DNA of 64,000 bases, taken from the NCBI GenBank assembly GCA_964057225.1, contig OZ059896.1, positions 20,894,001 to 20,958,000 of the forward strand. The letters run 5' to 3'. Of the stretch, positions 25,401-38,961 are shown piece after piece (within the stretch, counting starts at the first letter, position 1; the number at the start of each line of letters is the position of its first letter). The notes beneath the pieces were generated by a model that searched no databases, had not been told where the DNA came from, and saw nothing but the letters and a program-made list of their open reading frames with translations. The position numbers and the translations under genes were made by a program. This stretch comes from Auanema rhodensis. Its lineage: Eukaryota; Animalia; Nematoda.

Positions 25401-28400
25401 GATGTTTTTAGATTCCTTTTTTTAAGGCAAAGACGATAGACAATGTTATTCAACGAAAAAATTAATTCTTCAGGGTGAAAATCGAGGATATAAGTGTGAA
25501 CTTATATCAGTTGATATCTCGGTGCATTTTCAAGCTAGCGCAAATCTGATAACACAGATCGACGCAGCTTAAAAATCCGCATCGAATGCACTATACTACA
25601 TTGAGAAACGCTTGATACAAAAATTAGTTATGATCGTTTGAAAAATGATGCATTAGTGTATGTTGAGTTTCCATGTACACTCAACATTGCTTCCAAAAAC
25701 ATTTTGACAAAAATTTTTTCGAAAAATTTCAAAATAATTTAGCAAAAAGTAGATGTTTTTAGATTCCATTTTTCAAGGCAAAGACGATAGACAATGTTAT
25801 TCAACGAAAAAATTAATTCTTCAGGGTGAAAATCGAGGATATAAGTGTGAACTTATATCAGTTGATATCTCGGTGCATTTTCAAGCTAGCGCAAATCTGA
25901 TAACACAGATCAACGCAGCTTAAAAATCCGCATCGAATGCACTATACTACATTGAGAAACGCTTGATACAAAAATTAGTTATGATCGTTTGAAAAATGAT
26001 GCATTAGTGTATGTTGAGTTTCCATGTACACTCAACATTGCTTCCAAAAACATTTTGACAAAAATTTTTTCGAAAAATTTCAAAATAATTTAGCAAAAAG
26101 TAGATGTTTTTAGATTCCATTTTTTAAGGCAAAGACGATAAACAATGTTATTCAACGAAAAAATTAATTCTTCAGGGTGAAAATCGAGGATATAAGTGTG
26201 AACTTATATCAGTTGATATCTCGGTGCATTTTCAAGCTAGCGCAAATCTGATAACACAGATCGACGCAGCTTAAAAATCCGCATCGAATGCACTATACTA
26301 CATTGAGAAACGCTTGATACAAAAATTAGTTATGATCGTTTGAAAAATGATGCATTAGTGTATGTTGAGTTTCCATGTACACTCAACATTGCTTCCAAAA
26401 ACATTTTGACAAAAATTTTTTCGAAAAATTTCAGAATAATTTAGCAAAAAGTAGATGTTTTTAGATTCCTTTTTTTAAGGCAAAGACGATAGACAATGTT
26501 ATTCAGCGAAAAAATTAATTCTTCAGGGTGAAAATCGAGGATATAAGTGTGAACTTATATCAGTTGATATCTCGGTGCATTTTCAAGCTAGCGCAAATCT
26601 GATAACACAGATCGACGCAGCTTAAAAATCCGCATCGAATGCACTATACTACATTGAGAAACGCTTGATACAAAAATTAGTTATGATCGTTTGAAAAATG
26701 ATGCATTAGTGTATGTTGAGTTTCCATGTACACTCAACATTGCTTCCAAAAACATTTTGACAAAAATTTTTTCGAAAAATTTCAAAATAATTTAGCAAAA
26801 AGTAGATGTTTTTAGATTCCATTTTTCAAGGCAAAGACGATAGACAATGTTATTCAACGAAAAAATTAATTCTTCAGGGTGAAAATCGAGGATATAAGTG
26901 TGAACTTATATCAGTTGATATCTCGGTGCATTTTCAAGCTAGCGCAAATCTGATAACACAGATCGACGCAGCTTAAAAATCCGCATCGAATGCACTATAC
27001 TACATTGAGAAACGCTTAATACACAAATTAGTTATGATCGTTTGAAAAATGATGCATTAGTGTATGTTGAGTTTCCATGTACACTCAACATTGCTTCCAA
27101 AAACAGTTTGACAAAAATTTTTTCGAAAAATTTCAAAATAATTTAGCAAAAAGTAGATGTTTTTAGATTTCTTTTTTCAAGGCAAAGACGATGGACAATG
27201 TTATTCAACGAAAAAATTAATTCTTCAGGGTGAAAATCGAGGATATAAGTGTGAACTTATATCAGTTGATATCTCGGTGCATTTTTAAGCTAGCGCAAAT
27301 CTGATAACACAGATCGACGCAGCTTAAAAATCCGCATCGAATGCACTATACTACATCAAGAAACGCTTGATACAAAAATTAGTTATGATCGTTTGAAAAA
27401 TGATGCATTAGTGTATGTTGAGTTTCCATGTACACTCAACATTGCTTCCAAAAACATTTTGACAAAAATTTTTTCGAAAAATTTCAAAATAATTCAGCAA
27501 GAAGTAGATGTTTTTAGATTTCTTTTTTCAAGGCAAAGACGATGGACAATGTTATTCAACGAAAAAATTAATTCTTCAGGGTGAAAATCGAGGATATAAG
27601 TGTGAACTTATATCAGTTGATATCTCGGTGCATTTTTAAGCTAGCGCAAATCTGATAACACAGATCGACGCAGCTTAAAAATCCGCATCGAATGCACTAT
27701 ACTACATTGAGAAACGCTTGATACAAAAATTAGTTATGATCGTTTGAAAAATGATGCATTAGTGTATGTTGAGTTTCCATGTACACTCAACATTGCTTCC
27801 AAAAACATTTTGACAAAAATTTTTTCGAAAAATTTCAAAATAATTTAGCAAAAAGTAGATGTTTTTAGATTCCATTTTTCAAGGCAAAGACGATAGACAA
27901 TGTTATTCAACGAAAAAATTAATTCTTCAGGGTGAAAATCGAGGATATATGTGTGAACTTATATCAGTTGATATCTCGGTGCATTTTTAAGCTAGCGCAA
28001 ATCTGATAACACAGTTCGACGCAGCTTAAAAATCCACATCGAATGCACTTTACTACATTGAGAAACGCTTGATACAAAAATTAGTTATGATCGTTTGAAA
28101 AATGATGCATTAGTGTATGTTGAGTTTCCATGTACACTCAACATTGCTTCCAAAAACATTTTGACAAAAATTTTTTCGAAAAATTTCAAAATAATTTAGC
28201 AAAAAGTAGATGTTTTTAGATTCCTTTTTTCAAGGCAAAGACGATAGACAATGTTATTCAACGAAAAAATTAATTCTTCAGGGTGAAAATCGAGGATATA
28301 AGTGTGAACTTATATCAGTTGATATCTCGGTGCATTTCTAAGCTAGCGCAAATCTGATAACACAGATCGACGCAGCTTAAAAATCCGCATCGAATGCACT

Positions 28401-30537
28401 ATACTACATTGAGAAACGCTTGATACAAAAATTAGTTATGATCGTTTGAAAAATGATGCATTAGTGTATGTTGAGTTTCCATGTACACTCAACATTGCTT
28501 CCAAAAACATTTTGACAAAAATTTTTTCGAAAAATTTCAAAATAATTTAGCAAAAAGTAGATGTTTTTAGATTCCATTTTTCAAGGCAAAGACGATAGAC
28601 AATGTTATTCAACGAAAAAATTAATTCTTCAGGGTGAAAATCGAGGATATAAGTGTGAACTTATATCAGTTGATATCTCGGTGCATTTTTAAGCTAGCGC
28701 AAATCTGATAACACAGATCGACGCAGCTTAAAAATCCGCATCGAATGCACTATACTACATTGAGAAACGCTTGATACAAAAATTAGTTATGATCGTTTGA
28801 AAAATGATGCATTAGTGTATGTTGAGTTTCCATGTACACTCAACATTGCTTCCAAAAACATTTTGACAAAAATTTTTTCGAAAAATTTCAAAATAATTTA
28901 GCAAAAAGTAGATGTTTTTAGATTCCATTTTTCAAGGCAAAGACGATAAACAATGTTATTCAACGAAAAAATTAATTCTTCAGGGTGAAAATCGAGGATA
29001 TAAGTGTGAACTTATATCAGTTGATATCTCGGTGCATTTTTAAGCTAGCGCAAATCTGATAACACAGATCGACGCAGCTTAAAAATCCGCATCGAATGCA
29101 CTATACTACATTGAGAAACGCTTGATACAAAAATTAGTTATGATCGTTTGAAAAATGATGCATTAGTGTATGTTGAGTTTCCATGTACACTCAACATTGC
29201 TTCCAAAAACATTTTGACAAAAATTTTTTCGAAAAATTTCAAAATAATTTAGCAAGAAGTAGATGTTTTTAGATTCCATTTTTTAAGGCAAAGACGATAG
29301 ACAATGTTATTCAACGAAAAAATTAATTCTTCAGGGTGAAAATCGAGGATATAAGTGTGAACTTATATCAGTTGATATCTCGGTGCATTTTCAAGCTAGC
29401 GCAAATCTGATAACACAGATCGACGCAGCTTAAAAATCCGCATCGAATGCACTATACTACATTGAGAAACGCTTGATACAAAAATTAGTTATGATCGTTT
29501 GAAAAATGATGCATTAGTGTATGTTGAGTTTCCATGTACACTCAACATTGCTTCCAAAAACATTTTGACAAAAATTTTTTCGAAAAATTTCAAAATAATT
29601 TAGCAAAAAGTAGATGTTTTTAGATTCCATTTTTCAAGGCAAAGACGATAGACAATGTTATTCAACGAAAAAATTAATTCTTCAGGGTGAAAATCGAGGA
29701 TATAAGTGTGAACTTATATCAGTTGATATCTCGGTGCATTTTCAAGCTAGCGCAAATCTGATAACACAGATCGACGCAGCTTAAAAATCCGCATCGAATG
29801 CACTATACTACATTGAGAAACGCTTGATACAAAAATTAGTTATGATCGTTTGAAAAATGATGCATTAGTGTATGTTGAGTTTCCATGTACACTCAACATT
29901 GCTTCCAAAAACATTTTGACAAAAATTTTTTCGAAAAATTTCAAAATAATTTAGCAAAAAGTAGATGTTTTTAGATTCCTTTTTTTAAGGCAAAGACGAT
30001 AGACAATGTTATTAAACGAAAAAATTAATTCTTCAGGGTGAAAATCGAGGATATAAGTGTGAACTTATATCAGTTGATATCTCGGTGCATTTTCAAGCTA
30101 GCGCAAATCTGATAACACAGATCGACGCAGCTTAAAAATCCGCATCGAATGCACTATACTACATTGAGAAACGCTTGATACAAAAATTAGTTATGATCGT
30201 TTGAAAAATGATGCATTAGTGTATGTTGAGTTTCCATGTACACTCAACATTGCTTCCAAAAACATTTTGACAAAAATTTTTTCGAAAAATTTCAAAATAA
30301 TTTAGCAAAAAGTAGATGTTTTTAGATTCCATTTTTCAAGGCAAAGACGATAGACAATGTTATTCAACGAAAAAATTAATTCTTCAGGGTGAAAATCGAG
30401 GATATAAGTGTGAACTTATATCAGTTGATATCTCGGTGCATTTTCAAGCTAGCGCAAATCTGATAACACAGATCGACGCAGCTTAAAAATCCGCATCGAA
30501 TGCACTATACTACATTGAGAAACGCTTGATACAAAAA

Positions 30538-33500
30538 TTAGTTATGATCGTTTGAAAAATGATGCATTAGTGTATGTTGAGTTTCCATGTACACTCAACA
30601 TTGCTTCCAAAAACATTTTGACAAAAATTTTTTCGAAAAATTTCAAAATAATTTAGCAAGAAGTAGATGTTTTTAGATTTCTTTTTTCAAGGCAAAGACG
30701 GTGGACAATGTTATTCAACGAAAAAATTAATTCTTCAGGGTGAAAATCGAGGATATAAGTGTGAACTTATATCAGTTGATATCTCGGTGCATTTTTAAGC
30801 TAGCGCAAATCTGATAACACAGATCGACGCAGCTTAAAAATCCGCATCGAATGCACTATACTACATTGAGAAACGCTTGATACAAAAATTAGTTATGATC
30901 GTTTGAAAAATGATGCATTAGTGTATGTTGAGTTTCCATGTACACTCAACATTGCTTCCAAAAACATTTTGACAAAAATTTTTTCGAAAAATTTCAAAAT
31001 AATTTAGCAAAAAGTAGATGTTTTTAGATTCCTTTTTTTAAGGCAAAGACGATAGACAATGTTATTAAACGAAAAAATTAATTCTTCAGGGTGAAAATCG
31101 AGGATATAAGTGTGAACTTATATCAGTTGATATCTCGGTGCATTTTCAAGCTAGCGCAAATCTGATAACACAGATCGACGCAGCTTAAAAATCCGCATCG
31201 AATGCACTATACTACATTGAGAAACGCTTGATACAAAAATTAGTTATGATCGTTTGAAAAATGATGCATTAGTGTATGTTGAGTTTCCATGTACACTCAA
31301 CATTGCTTCCAAAAACATTTTGACAAAAATTTTTTCGAAAAATTTCAAAATAATTTAGCAAAAAGTAGATGTTTTTAGATTCCATTTTTCAAGGCAAAGA
31401 CGATAGACAATGTTATTCAACGAAAAAATTAATTCTTCAGGGTGAAAATCGAGGATATAAGTGTGAACTTATATCAGTTGATATCTCGGTGCATTTTCAA
31501 GCTAGCGCAAATCTGATAACACAGATCGACGCAGCTTAAAAATCCGCATCGAATGCACTATACTACATTGAGAAACGCTTGATACAAAAATTAGTTATGA
31601 TCGTTTGAAAAATGATGCATTAGTGTATGTTGAGTTTCCATGTACACTCAACATTGCTTCCAAAAACATTTTGACAAAAATTTTTTCGAAAAATTTCAAA
31701 ATAATTTAGCAAGAAGTAGATGTTTTTAGATTTCTTTTTTCAAGGCAAAGACGGTGGACAATGTTATTCAACGAAAAAATTAATTCTTCAGGGTGAAAAT
31801 CGAGGATATAAGTGTGAACTTATATCAGTTGATATCTCGGTGCATTTTTAAGCTAGCGCAAATCTGATAACACAGATCGACGCAGCTTAAAAATCCGCAT
31901 CGAATGCACTATACTACATTGAGAAACGCTTGATACAAAAATTAGTTATGATCGTTTGAAAAATGATGCATTAGTGTATGTTGAGTTTCCATGTACACTC
32001 AACATTGCTTCCAAAAACATTTTGACAAAAATTTTTTCGAAAAATTTCAAAATAATTTAGCAAAAAGTAGATGTTTTTAGATTCCATTTTTCAAGGCAAA
32101 GACGATAGACAATGTTATTCAACGAAAAAATTAATTCTTCAGGGTGAAAATCGAGGATATAAGTGTGAACTTATATCAGTTGATATCTCGGTGCATTTTC
32201 AAGCTAGCGCAAATCTGATAACACAGATCGACGCAGCTTAAAAATCCGCATCGAATGCACTATACTACATTGAGAAACGCTTGATACAAAAATTAGTTAT
32301 GATCGTTTGAAAAATGATGCATTAGTGTATGTTGAGTTTCCATGTACACTCAACATTGCTTCCAAAAACATTTTGACAAAAATTTTTTCGAAAAATTTCA
32401 AAATAATTTAGCAAAAAGTAGATGTTTTTAGATTCCATTTTTCAAGGCAAAGACGATAGACAATGTTATTCAACGAAAAAATTAATTCTTCAGGGTGAAA
32501 ATCGAGGATATAAGTGTGAACTTATATCAGTTGATATCTCGGTGCATTTTCAAGCTAGCGCAAATCTGATAACACAGATCGACGCAGCTTAAAAATCCGC
32601 ATCGAATGCACTATACTACATTGAGAAACGCTTGATACAAAAATTAGTTATGATCGTTTGAAAAATGATGCATTAGTGTATGTTGAGTTTCCATGTACAC
32701 TCAACATTGCTTCCAAAAACATTTTGACAAAAATTTTTTCGAAAAATTTCAAAATAATTTAGCAAAAAGTAGATGTTTTTAGATTCCATTTTTTAAGGCA
32801 AAGACGATAAACAATGTTATTCAACGAAAAAATTAATTCTTCAGGGTGAAAATCGAGGATATAAGTGTGAACTTATATCAGTTGATATCTCGGTGCATTT
32901 TCAAGCTAGCGCAAATCTGATAACACAGATCGACGCAGCTTAAAAATCCGCATCGAATGCACTATACTACATTGAGAAACGCTTGATACAAAAATTAGTT
33001 ATGATCGTTTGAAAAATGATGCATTAGTGTATGTTGAGTTTCCATGTACACTCAACATTGCTTCCAAAAACATTTTGACAAAAATTTTTTCGAAAAATTT
33101 CAGAATAATTTAGCAAAAAGTAGATGTTTTTAGATTCCTTTTTTTAAGGCAAAGACGATAGACAATGTTATTCAACGAAAAAATTAATTCTTCAGGGTGA
33201 AAATCGAGGATATAAGTGTGAACTTATATCAGTTGATATCTCGGTGCATTTTCAAGCTAGCGCAAATCTGATAACACAGATCGACGCAGCTTAAAAATCC
33301 GCATCGAATGCACTATACTACATTGAGAAACGCTTGATACAAAAATTAGTTATGATCGTTTGAAAAATGATGCATTAGTGTATGTTGAGTTTCCATGTAC
33401 ACTCAACATTGCTTCCAAAAACATTTTGACAAAAATTTTTTCGAAAAATTTCAAAATAATTTAGCAAAAAGTAGATGTTTTTAGATTCCATTTTTCAAGG

Positions 33501-36500
33501 CAAAGACGATAGACAATGTTATTCAACGAAAAAATTAATTCTTCAGGGTGAAAATCGAGGATATAAGTGTGAACTTATATCAGTTGATATCTCGGTGCAT
33601 TTTCAAGCTAGCGCAAATCTGATAACACAGATCGACGCAGCTTAAAAATCCGCATCGAATGCACTATACTACATTGAGAAACGCTTGATACAAAAATTAG
33701 TTATGATCGTTTGAAAAATGATGCATTAGTGTATGTTGAGTTTCCATGTACACTCAACATTGCTTCCAAAAACATTTTGACAAAAATTTTTTCGAAAAAT
33801 TTCAAAATAATTTAGCAAAAAGTAGATGTTTTTAGATTCCATTTTTCAAGGCAAAGACGATAAACAATGTTATTCAACGAAAAAATTAATTTTTCAGGGT
33901 GAAAATCGAGGATATAAGTGTGAACTTATATCAGTTGATATCTCGGTGCATTTTCAAGCTAGCGCAAATCTGATAACACAGATCGACGCAGCTTAAAAAT
34001 CCGCATCGAATGCACTATACTACATTGAGAAACGCTTGATACAAAAATTAGTTATGATCGTTTGAAAAATGATGCATTAGTGTATGTTGAGTTTCCATGT
34101 ACACTCAACATTGCTTCCAAAAACATTTTGACAAAAATTTTTTCGAAAAATTTCAAAATAATTTAGCAAGAAGTAGATGTTTTTAGATTTCTTTTTTCAA
34201 GGCAAAGACGGTGGACAATGTTATTCAACGAAAAAATTAATTCTTCAGGGTGAAAATCGAGGATATAAGTGTGAACTTATATCAGTTGATATCTCGGTGC
34301 ATTTTTAAGCTAGCGCAAATCTGATAACACAGATCGACGCAGCTTAAAAATCCGCATCGAATGCACTATACTACATTGAGAAACGCTTGATACAAAAATT
34401 AGTTATGATCGTTTGAAAAATGATGCATTAGTGTATGTTGAGTTTCCATGTACACTCAACATTGCTTCCAAAAACATTTTGACAAAAATTTTTTCGAAAA
34501 ATTTCAAAATAATTTAGCAAAAAGTAGATGTTTTTAGATTCCTTTTTTTAAGGCAAAGACGATAGACAATGTTATTAAACGAAAAAATTAATTCTTCAGG
34601 GTGAAAATCGAGGATATAAGTGTGAACTTATATCAGTTGATATCTCGGTGCATTTTCAAGCTAGCGCAAATCTGATAACACAGATCGACGCAGCTTAAAA
34701 ATCCGCATCGAATGCACTATACTACATTGAGAAACGCTTGATACAAAAATTAGTTATGATCGTTTGAAAAATGATGCATTAGTGTATGTTGAGTTTCCAT
34801 GTACACTCAACATTGCTTCCAAAAACATTTTGACAAAAATTTTTTCGAAAAATTTCAAAATAATTTAGCAAAAAGTAGATGTTTTTAGATTCCATTTTTC
34901 AAGGCAAAGACGATAGACAATGTTATTCAACGAAAAAATTAATTCTTCAGGGTGAAAATCGAGGATATAAGTGTGAACTTATATCAGTTGATATCTCGGT
35001 GCATTTTCAAGCTAGCGCAAATCTGATAACACAGATCGACGCAGCTTAAAAATCCGCATCGAATGCACTATACTACATTGAGAAACGCTTGATACAAAAA
35101 TTAGTTATGATCGTTTGAAAAATGATGCATTAGTGTATGTTGAGTTTCCATGTACACTCAACATTGCTTCCAAAAACATTTTGACAAAAATTTTTTCGAA
35201 AAATTTCAAAATAATTTAGCAAGAAGTAGATGTTTTTAGATTTCTTTTTTCAAGGCAAAGACGGTGGACAATGTTATTCAACGAAAAAATTAATTCTTCA
35301 GGGTGAAAATCGAGGATATAAGTGTGAACTTATATCAGTTGATATCTCGGTGCATTTTTAAGCTAGCGCAAATCTGATAACACAGATCGACGCAGCTTAA
35401 AAATCCGCATCGAATGCACTATACTACATTGAGAAACGCTTGATACAAAAATTAGTTATGATCGTTTGAAAAATGATGCATTAGTGTATGTTGAGTTTCC
35501 ATGTACACTCAACATTGCTTCCAAAAACATTTTGACAAAAATTTTTTCGAAAAATTTCAAAATAATTTAGCAAAAAGTAGATGTTTTTAGATTCCATTTT
35601 TCAAGGCAAAGACGATAGACAATGTTATTCAACGAAAAAATTAATTCTTCAGGGTGAAAATCGAGGATATAAGTGTGAACTTATATCAGTTGATATCTCG
35701 GTGCATTTTCAAGCTAGCGCAAATCTGATAACACAGATCGACGCAGCTTAAAAATCCGCATCGAATGCACTATACTACATTGAGAAACGCTTGATACAAA
35801 AATTAGTTATGATCGTTTGAAAAATGATGCATTAGTGTATGTTGAGTTTCCATGTACACTCAACATTGCTTCCAAAAACATTTTGACAAAAATTTTTTCG
35901 AAAAATTTCAAAATAATTTAGCAAAAAGTAGATGTTTTTAGATTCCATTTTTCAAGGCAAAGACGATAGACAATGTTATTCAACGAAAAAATTAATTCTT
36001 CAGGGTGAAAATCGAGGATATAAGTGTGAACTTATATCAGTTGATATCTCGGTGCATTTTCAAGCTAGCGCAAATCTGATAACACAGATCGACGCAGCTT
36101 AAAAATCCGCATCGAATGCACTATACTACATTGAGAAACGCTTGATACAAAAATTAGTTATGATCGTTTGAAAAATGATGCATTAGTGTATGTTGAGTTT
36201 CCATGTACACTCAACATTGCTTCCAAAAACATTTTGACAAAAATTTTTTCGAAAAATTTCAAAATAATTTAGCAAAAAGTAGATGTTTTTAGATTCCATT
36301 TTTTAAGGCAAAGACGATAAACAATGTTATTCAACGAAAAAATTAATTCTTCAGGGTGAAAATCGAGGATATAAGTGTGAACTTATATCAGTTGATATCT
36401 CGGTGCATTTTCAAGCTAGCGCAAATCTGATAACACAGATCGACGCAGCTTAAAAATCCGCATCGAATGCACTATACTACATTGAGAAACGCTTGATACA

Positions 36501-37557
36501 AAAATTAGTTATGATCGTTTGAAAAATGATGCATTAGTGTATGTTGAGTTTCCATGTACACTCAACATTGCTTCCAAAAACATTTTGACAAAAATTTTTT
36601 CGAAAAATTTCAGAATAATTTAGCAAAAAGTAGATGTTTTTAGATTCCTTTTTTTAAGGCAAAGACGATAGACAATGTTATTCAACGAAAAAATTAATTC
36701 TTCAGGGTGAAAATCGAGGATATAAGTGTGAACTTATATCAGTTGATATCTCGGTGCATTTTCAAGCTAGCGCAAATCTGATAACACAGATCGACGCAGC
36801 TTAAAAATCCGCATCGAATGCACTATACTACATTGAGAAACGCTTGATACAAAAATTAGTTATGATCGTTTGAAAAATGATGCATTAGTGTATGTTGAGT
36901 TTCCATGTACACTCAACATTGCTTCCAAAAACATTTTGACAAAAATTTTTTCGAAAAATTTCAAAATAATTTAGCAAAAAGTAGATGTTTTTAGATTCCA
37001 TTTTTCAAGGCAAAGACGATAGACAATGTTATTCAACGAAAAAATTAATTCTTCAGGGTGAAAATCGAGGATATAAGTGTGAACTTATATCAGTTGATAT
37101 CTCGGTGCATTTTCAAGCTAGCGCAAATCTGATAACACAGATCGACGCAGCTTAAAAATCCGCATCGAATGCACTATACTACATTGAGAAACGCTTGATA
37201 CAAAAATTAGTTATGATCGTTTGAAAAATGATGCATTAGTGTATGTTGAGTTTCCATGTACACTCAACATTGCTTCCAAAAACATTTTGACAAAAATTTT
37301 TTCGAAAAATTTCAAAATAATTTAGCAAAAAGTAGATGTTTTTAGATTCCATTTTTCAAGGCAAAGACGATAAACAATGTTATTCAACGAAAAAATTAAT
37401 TTTTCAGGGTGAAAATCGAGGATATAAGTGTGAACTTATATCAGTTGATATCTCGGTGCATTTTCAAGCTAGCGCAAATCTGATAACACAGATCGACGCA
37501 GCTTAAAAATCCGCATCGAATGCACTATACTACATTGAGAAACGCTTGATACAAAAA
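30538..37557. repeat. Higher-order duplication: 10-mer (3510 bp) x2 (U88-U97 = U98-U107), overlapping a 3-mer duplication (U86-88 = U89-91)
   Basis: CGGTGG variant in U88, 91, 98, 101; C179A in U86, 89, 99; T151+TAAAC in U94, 104; A109G in U95, 105; C196T in U97, 107. Confidence 0.85.
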
Positions 37558-38961
37558 TTAGTTATGATCGTTTGAAAAATGATGCATTAGTGTATGTTGA
37601 GTTTCCATGTACACTCAACATTGCTTCCAAAAACATTTTGACAAAAATTTTTTCGAAAAATTTCAGAATAATTTAGCAAAAAGTAGATGTTTTTAGATTC
37701 CATTTTTCAAGGCAAAGACGATAGACAATGTTATTCAACGAAAAAATTAATTCTTCAGGGTGAAAATCGAGGATATAAGTGTGAACTTATATCAGTTGAT
37801 ATCTCGGTGCATTTTCAAGCTAGCGCAAATCTGATAACACAGATCGACGCAGCTTAAAAATCCGCATCGAATGCACTATACTACATTGAGAAACGCTTGA
37901 TACAAAAATTAGTTATGATCGTTTGAAAAATGATGCATTAGTGTATGTTGAGTTTCCATGTACACTCAACATTGCTTCCAAAAACATTTTGACAAAAATT
38001 TTTTCGAAAAATTTCAAAATAATTTAGCAAAAAGTAGATGTTTTTAGATTCCATTTTTCAAGGCAAAGACGATAGACAATGTTATTCAACGAAAAAATTA
38101 ATTCTTCAGGGTGAAAATCGAGGATATAAGTGTGAACTTATATCAGTTGATATCTCGGTGCATTTTCAAGCTAGCGCAAATCTGATAACACAGATCGACG
38201 CAGCTTAAAAATCCGCATCGAATGCACTATACTACATTGAGAAACGCTTGATACAAAAATTAGTTATGATCGTTTGAAAAATGATGCATTAGTGTATGTT
38301 GAGTTTCCATGTACACTCAACATTGCTTCCAAAAACATTTTGACAAAAATTTTTTCGAAAAATTTCAAAATAATTTAGCAAAAAGTAGATGTTTTTAGAT
38401 TCCATTTTTCAAGGCAAAGACGATAGACAATGTTATTCAACGAAAAAATTAATTCTTCAGGGTGAAAATCGAGGATATAAGTGTGAACTTATATCAGTTG
38501 ATATCTCGGTGCATTTTCAAGCTAGCGCAAATCTGATAACACAGATCGACGCAGCTTAAAAATCCGCATCGAATGCACTATACTACATTGAGAAACGCTT
38601 GATACAAAAATTAGTTATGATCGTTTGAAAAATGATGCATTAGTGTATGTTGAGTTTCCATGTACACTCAACATTGCTTCCAAAAACATTTTGACAAAAA
38701 TTTTTTCGAAAAATTTCAAAATAATTTAGCAAAAAGTAGATGTTTTTAGATTCCATTTTTTAAGGCAAAGACGATAAACAATGTTATTCAACGAAAAAAT
38801 TAATTCTTCAGGGTGAAAATCGAGGATATAAGTGTGAACTTATATCAGTTGATATCTCGGTGCATTTTCAAGCTAGCGCAAATCTGATAACACAGATCGA
38901 CGCAGCTTAAAAATCCGCATCGAATGCACTATACTACATTGAGAAACGCTTGATACAAAAA

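Noticed and set aside
16512-27584. Three identical 63-aa ORFs (16512, 21777, 27393)
   Set aside because: They exist only where T117C converts TAG to CAG in a G166 background; they start at TTG, show no recognisable domain, and the other ~180 copies have the stop.
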